64,000 bases of DNA, from assembly GCA_010909165.1 (NCBI GenBank), contig MU008191.1:1-64000 (forward strand). Direction: 5' to 3'. Shown piece after piece: positions 53,265 through 64,000 of this stretch. The translations under genes and the position numbers were made by a program. The stretch is from Anthoceros angustus. Taxonomy: Eukaryota; Plantae; Anthocerotophyta. Under the pieces are notes generated by a model. The model ran no database searches. It worked only from the letters and a program-made list of their open reading frames with translations, and was not told the origin of the DNA. Positions within the stretch are counted from its first letter, which is position 1, and every line of letters begins with the position of its first letter.

Positions 53265-54058
53265 CCTAGAGTCATCAAGGGCAGAGCCGTACTTGCAGGT
53301 AAGAAGGGAAGACGCCTCGGGCTAAAGCAAGCCAAGACGGAATCGGATCGCAGTGGTGAAGGTGGTTGGTGCGATGACAAAACCCCGCATACATGGACGA
53401 GCCAGAAGGCAAGCGCTTGCGCCCTTACCAGAACAAGAGCGAAGCCGAGCCCTTGTGGACTTGGGGATGGAGGGGTCCAAGAGGATGGACTGGGAAGCTA
53501 GGCCAAGTTGCTTCTCAAGCAACAACGCCTGCATCCCCTGAAACCATCGGAGATGAACGTCGAGAAAGGAGGAAAATCCCACTGAGCATCCGCAGAAAAT
53601 ATTTTCCGGGCCTGCCTCAAGGAAATTTGGAGAGGGAAGGTTTCCTCCTCTATACTAGACATAAGATCCTGTCGTGGAGGGCCTGTCCTGGAAGATGAAG
53701 TGAGGCGAGAGCAGGAACTGATAGAGTCCAGTTGGCTAAAAAAGGCACCGGAGAAGAAACCTCTAGTGAGAGTAGGCCGACGCCCCCCAAACTACATTAG
53801 CATGGACGCTTGCCAGCTGGCCAAATCCCCTGCAGGGCACCCAAAAACCCCTGAGCCCATGATGTCCCCAAGGGTATCCATTATCTTCCTGTCAAACCCC
53901 TGAAGTAGAGACATAAGAACCAGAGACAGGGGGAGCGTGCGGATGAGGTAACTAGGGCGCCTAGCGAAGCAGGAGGAAAGAATTCTAAAGGCCACCGATG
54001 CATCCCCCGACAGGGGGAGGTCCTTGACATGGGACAGGTCCTCCGCGAAAAACGGTTA
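53265..54058 (-). mobile_element. CRE-like non-LTR retrotransposon fragment (post-RT region to start of zinc knuckle)
   Basis: ILSSCFARRPSYL, GFDRKIMDTLGDIMG...GDLASWQAS and TTAIRFRLGL are homologous to 62630-63340. Confidence 0.8.
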
Positions 54059-54601
54059 TCATGTATGAAATATTTCATACGTTTTGTATGAAACGGACCC
54101 TTTCATGTATAGGATTAAATGAATGACATGTGGTAGCCACATGCCAAACTCTGACTGGTTGATAAGGATTGTGAAATATTTCGTGTGGCGTCTAGTGCAT
54201 TGTACGACTTTGTGGGACACTTTTCTTGTGAAAGGGTGTCTGCAGAGTCCCAATCAACCCCATTGTTCCAAATAGTTGATAAGAGGCCTTGGATCGCAAC
54301 ATTCACAAACAAGACAAACAACATTTAGAATAGCCATGTGGTGCATAAATGAGGATGAGAAACCATAAATTATAGAGAAGTTATCACGAACATAATAAAA
54401 ATTAGAGCGTTTTTTCGAGGAACGGATGTGCGCCGGACTTTTCAACTGAGCTCGTTGTGGTTTGCGTGTGAAAGGCCCTTGGGATGAACCCTGTCCTATG
54501 CATTGTGAAAAGTCTTTTCTTTTTTTTCCCCGTCCATGCTGCTTCGTTACGGATGATGACGTGGCCGTCCTTCCTGCACGAGCCAACAGGTATATGCATT
54601 A

Positions 54602-57600
54602 ATGGCCAACGGGTATCAATGTGCAAGTCTTGTTTGTATTCAATTCCTCCTGGTCCAGGCCAGCCCGTATGCTGTGGTCATACCCAGTTCGTACCTGGGC
54701 ATCCTGCCTTGCGCTGATGCTATCGACTCATCTTCCAACAGCGCTTCTTGGACGATGGCCGCAGTATGGCAGCCGGACCCGTTGTGGACCCAACAAATTG
54801 GTGTGTGTACAGGGATTCTACCAGGAGCTCCTGCTCAGCTTGTCTTCGGGAGTGAATCCCTGGCAAACAAAGCCTCCGGGTGCAGCAGTGTAACGAGCCC
54901 AGCGATTCCACTTCCGAGAAAATGTGGGGGTGGGGACGGATTTTCCAGCGATGGTCGTTGCCAGGAGCAGGAGCACTTGTGGCAACAATTTTTTCTGGAT
55001 CCTACCATGTGGTGGGACAACAGACGAGATAAGAAGAGCTCCCGTTCGCCTGACTTCCGGCGTAAGGGGTCCGGTGAGGTCCTGTGGTTAAACAGCATGT
55101 ATAAGCCAGCTTGGGTTGATGAGCAGCTCGTTTCCTTAGATATACAGACGGCTCATAGTGCCTCGCCTTCCGATTTTAGCTCTCCGGATAACTCTGAGCC
55201 TGGCAGGCGTGCAGGATTGGAAATGGGAGTCGTTACGGCTGTAACCGTGAGTACGTTATGTCAGCAGGGGAAGCTTTGTGAGGCCGTTAGAGCCCTAGAG
55301 TTTATAGCGCAGACAGACTCTCTCATTTCTCAGTCTCTGTTTTGCACTGTGCTGAAACTGTGTACAGATAAGAAGGATTTGGTTGTGGGGAGACGAGTTC
55401 ATGATCTCACTGTCAATCTTGGGTATGATTTGAATGCCTACTTGGGGAACCATATCTTGCGCATGTATGCATGTGGAGGTAGGCTGGAGGAGGCCATGGA
55501 TGTATTCACCAGGGTGGGCAAACCGGATGCCTTCATGTGGTCTTCCATAATCTCCGCATACGCTAAGCATGGAAAACCTAATGAGGCGGTACAACTGTAC
55601 CATGAGATGCGCAGGTCAGGAGTGAAGGCGAATGCTCACGTCTTTGTAGCTGCCCTTCAAGCTTGTGCATTAGCCGCCGACTTGGAATCTGGCAGAAAAC
55701 TGCACTGTGATGTGGTGCAGAGTGGGATTACTACTAATTTGTTTGTAGGCAACTGCCTGGTGGACATGTATGCAAAATGTGGCGAACTGAAAGAAGCACG
55801 CCAGGTTTTTGACAGTATGGCCTCAAAGGATGTGGTGACATGGACCGTGCTGATTGCTGGATGTTCCCAGCAAGGGCTCGGACATGAGGCACTTGTTTTG
55901 TATGGACAAATGGAGCAGGAGGGGCTGATTTTGGCTAACCATGTTACTTTTGCTTGCCTTCTGAAGGTGTGTGGAAGCACTGGTGCCTTACAGAAGGGCA
56001 GGCAGCTGCACTCACAGATTGTTGAAAGAGGACTGCTGGATAACGTAGTGGTGGGCAACTGCCTGGTGGACATGTATGCAAAATGTGGTGAACTGGAAGC
56101 TGCACGCCAGGTTTTTGACAGTATGAGCACAAAGGATGTGGTGACATGGACGCGCTGATAGCTGGTTATGCTGAACAAGCGCTCAGCCAAGAGGTGCTGT
56201 TGTGTACGAACAAATGGAGCAGGAGGGCCTGATTTTGGCCAACCATTTTACTTTTGCTTGCCTGCTGAAGGCCTGTGCAAGCGCTGGTGCCTTACATAAG
56301 GGCAGGCAGCTGCATTCACAGATTGTCAAAAGAGGACTGCTGGATAACATAGTGTTGGGCACCTGCCTGGTGGACATGTATGCAAAATGTGGTGAACTGG
56401 AAGCTGCACGTCAGGTGTTTGACAGCTTGGCCTCAAAGGATGTGGTGACATGGAGTGCCTTGATTGCTGGGTATGCACAGCAAGGACTCAGCCAAGAGGC
56501 GCTTGTTCTGTATGGACAAATGGAGCAGGAGGGCCTGATTTTGGCTGACCATGTTACTTTTGCCTTCTGAAGGCCTGTGGAAGCACTGGTGCCTTACAGA
56601 AGGGCAGGCAGCTGCACTCTCAGATTGTCGAAAGAGGACTGCTGGATAACATTGTGTTGGGCACCTGCCTGGTGGACATGTATGCAAAATGTGGTGAAAT
56701 GGATGATGCATGCCAGGTTTTCGACAGTATGAACAGAAAGGATGTGGTTACATGGACCGCCCTGATATCGGGGTATGGTACTTGTGATGATGGCCACAAG
56801 GCACTAGCTTGTTTTGAGGAAATGTTGGTTGCCGGTATTCAGCCTGACGATGCTACGTTTACTTGCCTTCTGGTAGCATGCAGTCATGAGGGACTGGTCC
56901 ACGAGGGTCGCAAGCACTTTGAGTCCATGGCTGAACAGCATAGCATCGAACCTACTCTTGAGCATTACAATTGCATGATTGATCTTCTTGGGCGTGCAGG
57001 CCATTTAGATGACGCAGAGAAGATGCTATTATCATGTGAGGGCCAAAGTAATGTTGTGGGATTGACGTCGTTGTTGAATGCCTGCAAAAATCACGGGGAT
57101 ATGGAGAGAGCGATGTGGTGTTTTGAAAGCATTGTCCGGCTGGACCCCCAGGAGGCGCCTGCGTATGTGCTCATGGCCAATGCCTATGCAGATGCAGGTA
57201 GGTGGACCGATGTAGACAGGATTGAAACACAGAGGAGGGTAGCAGGAGCTTACAAGAAACCTGCAGTGTCGACCATTGAGGTGAGTAAGCAGGTACATAG
57301 ATTTGTGGTGGGAGATAGGAGAGAGGATATTGCGCTTAAGGTTGACAGCACGAATGCTCGTCTGAAGCAAGAAGGAGGCCACGTACCTCACACAAAGTTG
57401 GTGTTGAAGCCAGTGTGTGAGAAGGAAAAGGAGGATGCGCTTTGTGGACATGCTGAGAAGCTAGCTCTGGCGTTTGGGCTCTTGAACACTCCGAGTGGGA
57501 CACCACTGGTGGTAACGAAGAATCTACGCATGTGCAGTGACTGCCACAGTTCCACGGAAATCATGTCAAGGCTTGAGCAGAGAGACATTGTTGTAAGGGA

Positions 57601-57658
57601 TGGTTACCGTGTGCATCGGTTCGCAGCTGGTTCCTGCAGTTGTAAAGGTCGACCGTGA
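54602..57658 (+). CDS. PLS-class PPR protein with E1/E2 and DYW:KP (GRP-type) deaminase-family domain and an N-terminal OSB-type PDF motif; three frameshifts in this assembly
   Basis: Intronless P-L-S arrays; KKPAVSTIEV in place of the PG box; HAEK, CSDCH, C-terminal CSCKGRP*. Small deletions at ~56152, ~56195 and ~56563 total -6 nt, so the first and last ORFs share a frame. Start is 54602 or 54755. Confidence 0.9.
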
Positions 57659-58767
57659 GAGTAATGCAGTGCTAGGCAGTGCTCAAGTGTTTACTTCGGA
57701 GGACAGAGCTTTCGGGGTGAATGTGCTTGATGAACTCCATCTCCGTCCAAACCGAGGCTTGGACATGGATGGCTTAACACTCATCGTGGCACCTTTCATC
57801 TTAACAGAGGAAATCAGAACTGCGCAGGGGGAAACGCGCGGCGTCTGCCTAGGCCGGCGGCTTGGGATACTGCTGGGTCTCGGAGCCCTGCGAGCCCACC
57901 TGCGAGGAGCGGGCAGGTGTACGATCGCGGGTGCAGGCCTCGAATTTGGCTGAGATCTGGTGGATACGGGGCTATCCTTGCCGGATTGAGCTTGCAGCTG
58001 TGGCAGGATGCGCCCTAGGAGGGCGCGGCGCTGTGAACATCCCAGCTGAGTGCTGCACAGCTCGCTGCAGGGCCATAGCAGCGGTGTTCCCCTACCACCT
58101 TGGACATTTTGCAGCACTGTGGCCCTGTCTTGTAGGCTGCATATATTCACCAATATTTCATAAACTAACTATGAACAAAGTACTTGGGCAGCTATTTGTA
58201 AGGCAAGGCTCCAAATTCATGGGTGCCCTTCTCCTTCAGGTCCAACACAATTCTTCAAATTGAATGCAAACCATGAGAAAGATACCGGGCATCACGGTCA
58301 TGGAAGAAAAGCAAATTTTAGCTTTCACGTTTTCTCTCCTTTACGTAGGGTGCTTCACGACGAAAGGAGAAAAACGGGAGTCTACCTACTTAAAAAGGAT
58401 CAACGGGTTGATGACCAACGGGTTGATGATCAAGGGTTTTAACTACATGTCTAACCTAACAAGCTGACTAATGACCTTTTGGAAGAGTATGACAAATGCT
58501 CTTCAACATTTTGCATGGCATGTGTGTAATCAGATTGGAAGAGCATTCTGGAGGGGTGGCCACAGCACTGCATTGACCCAAAGAGATAGCATGGGGCGTG
58601 TGATCTTCAAAAGTTCAAGCGTGTCAGCTAAAGAGACCTTTTTTGGTGCCATTTGTAAGATTGACCTCAAAGCCTATACGAAACCATCGAAATTCCGTAA
58701 GGAATTTTCTTGCAAAGCCTATTCCCACCACCATTGAACCACCTCTAAAGTATCCAAATGAACCAGG

Positions 58768-58896
58768 CAACGAAACTGTTGAAGTGCTAGCCTACGAAAG
58801 TGGACAAGGTCCTTCTTCTAAGATTCCTCGCCAACGAAACTGTTGAAGTGCTAGCCTACGAAAGTGGACAAGGTCCTTCTTCTAAGATTCCTCGCC
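58768..58896. repeat. ~64-bp tandem duplication
   Basis: CAACGAAACTGTTGAAGTGCTAGCCTACGAAAGTGGACAAGGTCCTTCTTCTAAGATTCCTCGCCA occurs twice. Confidence 0.9.
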
Positions 58897-60148
58897 AGCT
58901 CTCAAAGTAAGCATCAATCTCATGGAGTAAAGCTTGGCAGTATCCATCCTCCCACAATTGTCGATCAACTCAACTCCCACCGCAAGAAAGCCAAGGATGA
59001 AGATCCGCGTAGGTTGGAGCAGAGCCTATTGCCGATACAAACCTCGTTGATAGTCTCCGCTGGCATGTAGGTGATACTGCAGTGTCATCCTAGCGGCCTC
59101 CCTACCGAGGGACAGCCCCAGCCCGTCTCTTTCAGCCAGGGTCCCCATTGCCCTATGCAGAGTCAGAACATGTATCAATTAGTGAAGGAAAAGTGATCTA
59201 ACTCATCAAGCAAGTCAAAAAGGTTAGCACCAAACCTGCACTCTTGCGCCCCAATGGTCGTCCTGCCTCTTGGCCCCAGCGGTTGTCCTGCCCTCCTCAG
59301 CTCGGGCGATTATCCTGCCCTTCTTGGCTTGAGAGGGCATCTCTCCTCGGCCCACCTCCAAACTCTTTGGATGTTTCATTTGTGTAGATTTTATTCTTTC
59401 CCCATTTCTAATATCTTATCATACGCTCATTCTCCTTTTGTGTAGGCCTGAACAAGGGGGAAACTAAGAAAGTCAACATGACAAAGCAGCCATGAAAGAC
59501 AATGAGGCTAAGTAGGTAGCCATGACATATGCTAAGGCTTCAAGTAAAAAAGAAGGTGTGTCATTCCCCTTACTACCCACATGTGTTTCCTTTTTTGGTT
59601 TCTCATGTGTAATTGATGTGTGGTGTTTGTAGGACATGGTATGCAGGCAGTGGATGAGAAAGAGGAGGAGGATGATGATGTAATAGTGAGGACTTATGTG
59701 GTGAGGAATAAAGGTAGACCTCTTAGATGTTTCATTAGCGTAAGTCTTATTGTTTCCTCACTTCTAATTTCTTATCATACTCATGTTGCTTTTATGTACG
59801 CTTGAAGAAGGAGAAAACTAATAAGGTTATGATATATAGGTTATGATATATTATACATAACGCAGATTATTCTTCACTCATCAATTGTGGAATTGTTATC
59901 TACTCATACTTCACTGAGGAGATATATGGAGCCGTGCTGGAATAGTGTTCAGGTAGTGGCGTTCTCAAAGGGTTTTGGAGCGGTGAGCGGTGTTCTCAAG
60001 GGTCTTCTATACATGATCTTTTCCACGGTCTTCTCCAGGTCTTTTTCCAGGGCTCCCCAGTATGATGCGGGCCACCCAATCTGCGCCTATCAAGGACACC
60101 CCCTGCCCGGTTTGCTCTTAGCTTTGCTCTGGGGTCAAGGCGGTGAAA

Positions 60149-61024
60149 TGTCACACCTGTCGCACGAGGTAAGCACTTGAATTCACATAAGCACTTCCTC
60201 GACCAACAACCAAGCAAACAAATCTAATACGCAGATATATAGGTACAACCAATAACAATAGGAGGGAGTAGCTCGCACATCATGGCACAAACACACTCTC
60301 CCCACGAGAACAACACGCAAATTCCTCATACATCGCATAAGCACTTCCTCGACCAACAACCAAGCAAACAAATCTAATACGCAGATATATAGGTACAACC
60401 AATAACAATAGGAGGGAGTAGCTCGCACATCATGGCACAAACACACTCTCCCCACGAGAACAACACGCAAATTCCTCACACATCGCTCCTGGAGTCATAG
60501 CTTTGGCCTCCTCACAACACCCTTGCATTGCATATCTAGAGGACAAACTATGATCTGAGCTTGTCCTCAATGGAAGGGTCTATATATACTAGCCCTTCCC
60601 ATTGGCATATTCCTAAGATATCCTATTGGCATCAGCATATGCCGGAAATATCCTAAGAATACACTATAATATGCAAGGAATATACCAAGCATATTACTTG
60701 AGCTTATCCACTTAGCTATTGTATCCTAATAATACACTATAATATGCAAGGAATATGCCAAAGCATATTATTTGAGCTTATCCACTTAGCTATTGCTAAC
60801 CATGTTTAATTAACACTAACCAATGCTTAATTGACATAAGCACCTTAGATTAATTAACACTAATCAAGGATTAATTAACATAAGCACCTTAGATTAATCA
60901 ATACTAATTACTTACTTAAAGATAAGTAATTAGATTAATTAATGCTAATCAAACACTAAACCCAAGTGCAGAGATTAGTATCACACGGCATGACACATCG
61001 GGCACAAACACAAGGATTTCGACA
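60149..61024. mobile_element. Putative solo-LTR-like insertion with an internal 150-bp tandem duplication
   Basis: TGTC...GACA termini, CTATATATA at ~60580, and internal duplications at 60186-60485 and ~60660-60795. No target-site duplication found. Confidence 0.4.
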
Positions 61025-61029
61025 AGACT

Positions 61030-63960
61030 GCTTGGGAGGTGCAAGTGCGGCTTGCTTCTTCTTATAGGGCAGCGGCTCACCGAGTCCCTCTTCCAGGAAC
61101 CTCCCTTGGGCCGCCACCAGAGTCTTGGGAGTGGCTTCAGAGGCAATCCGACCACCTACTGGCGTGGTTTCATACCTGTTTCCCGGGCCCCCGGGTCCTT
61201 GAGTCTCACCCACATTGGGTTGCCCTGCAGGTAGATGTCGAGAATACCTTTAACAATGTGTCTAGGGCCGTCATTTTCTCGTAACTCAGGGACAGAGGTG
61301 GGCACCTAGCGGGCTCATTCCATTTGTTCGCTCCTTCTACGGTTCTCCGCCTAATCTCTACTATCAACATGGTCAAGCTACGAAAGGCGATTCAGTTCTC
61401 CACTCAAAGACGGGCTTAAAGCAAGAGGATCCATTGGGGGGCGCCCTCTTTGTCATGGCGCATTCCAGGGCGCTGTCCTCCACAGCCTCTGCAGACCGGG
61501 AGTGCCTTTTCCCATCCGTGGCTGACGATACCCATATCCTTGGGGCAGGGGACAAGGTGAGGGATGCCTTTGATCTCTTCTCCTTGGAGCTCTCCCATAC
61601 AGGATTAAGGGTCAAGATCGATAACTGTTGGGTGTGGTCCGCTTCCGGCAATACACCCCCTCTTCACTATCGAGGATATTATTTCTCATAAAGCTTGGTC
61701 CTCGGAGTTCCAGCTGGTCCCCGGACTTTATTCAAGGGTTTGTGGGCGTGGCTCATATTGGGGACCTTTCATAAATTGGGGACCCTTGGGTTGCGTTTGG
61801 TATTTTGTCTTCCTGCTTCGCACGTCGACCGGGTTATCTTACCAGGATGATTGCTCCATCCCCGGCCTTTTTATCAAAGTTTGAGACATTTTGATAGGCA
61901 AGTTATGCGGCTTGCTTCTTCTTATAGGGCGGCTCACCGAGTCCCTCTTCCGGGAACCTCCTTGGGCCGCCACCGAGTCTTGGGAGTGGCTTGAGGCAAT
62001 CCGACCACCTCTTGGCGTGGTTTCACTGCCCCGGTCCTTGAGTCTCACCCACATTGGGTTGCCTGCAGTAGATGTCGAGAATACCTTTAAATACCTTTAA
62101 CAATGTGTCTAGGGCCGTCATTTCTCGTAACTCGGGGGCGGTGGGCACCTAGCGGGCTCATTCCATTTGTTCGCTCCTTCTACGGTTCTCCGCCTAATCT
62201 CTACTATCAACATGGTCAAGCTACGATTCGTTCTCCACTCAAAGGCGGGCTTAAAGCAAGAGGATCCATTGGGCGCCCTCTTTGTCATGGCGCATTCATG
62301 TCCTCCTGACCTCTGCAGGGCCGGGAGTGCCTTTTCCCATCCGTGGCTGACGATACCCATATCCTTGGGGCAGGGGACAAGGTGAGGGATGCCTTTGATC
62401 TCTTCTCCTTGGAGCTCTCCCATACAGGATTAAGGGTCAAGATCGATAACTGTTGGGTGTGGTCCGCTTCCGGCAATACACCCCCTCTTCACTATCCAGG
62501 GGGGGGATATTATTTCTCCGCAAGGGCTTCGGGTCCTCGGAGTTCCGCTGGGTCCCCCAGACTTTATTCAAGGGTTTGTGGACGTGGCTCATATTGGGGA
62601 CCTTTCATAAATTGGGGACCCTTGGGTTGCGTTTGGTATTTTGTCTTCCTGCTTCGCACGTCGACCGGGTTATCTTACCAGGATGATTGCTCCATCCCCG
62701 GCCTTTTTATCAAAGTTTGAGACATTTTGATAGGCAAGTTATGCAGGCGCTTGGGGACATCATAGGCCCCGACAGCTTCGAATGCGCCGACGGTGACTTG
62801 GCGCGGAAACATGCATCATTGCCAGTAGCCTTTGAAGGCATTGCCTTGCTGGCCATGGAGGCCTCGGCTCCGGCAGCTTTCCTTGGGAGTTGGACCCTCT
62901 CTGCCCCAATTTTGGCCTCTCGGTTCTTAATGCAAGACTCCCCCCTTCTGGAAGCCTTCGTCTCGAGTGTTGAGGAGGGGGCCTTCCCCTTGCAGGTCTC
63001 TTCGAGGCGGGCTAGGGACTCCCTTTTTTCAGAGGCTAGGGAAGCCATGCCTCCTTTTTCCTCTTTCTTTAGGGAAGGGATGCGTGGCCTTCAAGCCTCT
63101 TTCCAGGAGGTGCAATATTTACAGGCGCAAAGAGCCCTCCTTTTGGACTCCTCCATTCCCACCTGCATTTTTGTTCGGGGAAGGGGGCAGGCTCCTGGCT
63201 TCTGGCTCGACCTTGTATTCAGGCGTTTCGAATCGCACCAGCATCCTTTTCGACCGCGATGAGGGTCCGCCTCGGTTTGGCTCATCCTCTGGCCTCTTCT
63301 CTTTCCACGTGAGTTGTGGAGCTACCATCGACGACTCCGGGTCCCATTTGGTGCGTTGTCCCGTAGGGTGGCAACGTATTGCTACGCATGACGCCGTTCG
63401 CGACGTCATGTTTTCGATAACTAAGGAGAGAGGATTTCTTCCGTATAGGGAACGCCCATATATATTGCGTAATGGCGTGTCACTCAGAGCGAACCTTTTT
63501 TATACTAGGGGGGAGCAAATTTACATCGCTGATGTGGTTGTCACGGATCCCACGAGGAACTCTATATGCGAGCACATCATCATCAAGCCCCTGGGCTGGG
63601 CGGCAGAAGGATGGGCAACCAACAAGACTCACAAGTATTCTCCCATGCAAGACGGCCATGTTTTCATCCCCCTTGCCCTCGAGACTCATGGGGCTATGGA
63701 CAAGGACTTCTCTAGGTTAATTAAGGAGTGTGCAAAAGCCTATCACAGCCACAGGAATTGGAGGGGCCTCCCCCTTTCCTCTGTGGTGGCTTTCTTTCGC
63801 TAGCGGGTTTCCATAGCTCTACATAAAGCGCTGGCTAGCGTTGTTTATAGTACGGCTACATGTGCAGGCCTACCGACTTCTTCAACACCGATGGTAGGTA
63901 GGCCCTTCATCATCCCTGATCACGATATCATTGGTGCTGTAGGTAGATACGGGAAAGGCA
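61030..63960 (+). mobile_element. CRE-clade non-LTR retrotransposon (RT + CCHC knuckle + restriction-like endonuclease), degraded, RT core duplicated
   Basis: RT motifs QVDVENTFNNVSR, GLKQEDPLGGALF, SVADDTHILG. Knuckle SCGATIDDSGSHLVRC and THDAVRD. RLE-like RANL..IADVVVTDP..KTHKY..PLALETHG..RVSIAL. Confidence 0.85.
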
Positions 63961-64000
63961 TTCGAGGTGACTAGGATTTCCCCTTTTACCATTAGCCCTT

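Noticed and set aside
58640-58700. L1-like RT motif CKIDLKAY
   Set aside because: Isolated short match with no other RT motifs nearby.

Overview
Eukaryotic nuclear DNA from a land plant. Short (~80-270 nt) introns, tight gene spacing and a DYW:KP/GRP-type PPR gene point to a hornwort-like or other U-to-C-editing lineage (inference). Bases 1-29 kb are a nested, heavily frameshifted LTR-retrotransposon cluster. It holds two Ty1/Copia remnants, two Ty3/Gypsy-type families (A and B) with accessory ORFs, and a scaffold N at 17229; many 1-3 nt indels may be long-read consensus errors. Bases 29.5-48 kb are clean host genes: two tail-to-tail pectin methylesterases with stop codons only 19 bp apart, SMC1 with a U12 AT-AC intron, tRNA-Asp(GTC) plus a decayed duplicate, and an EDR2-like PH-START-DUF1336 gene. 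Bases 48-64 kb hold CRE-clade (restriction-like endonuclease) non-LTR retrotransposon pieces. They flank the most striking locus: a PLS-PPR protein with a DYW:KP 'GRP' candidate U-to-C editing domain and an N-terminal OSB-type PDF ssDNA-binding motif.
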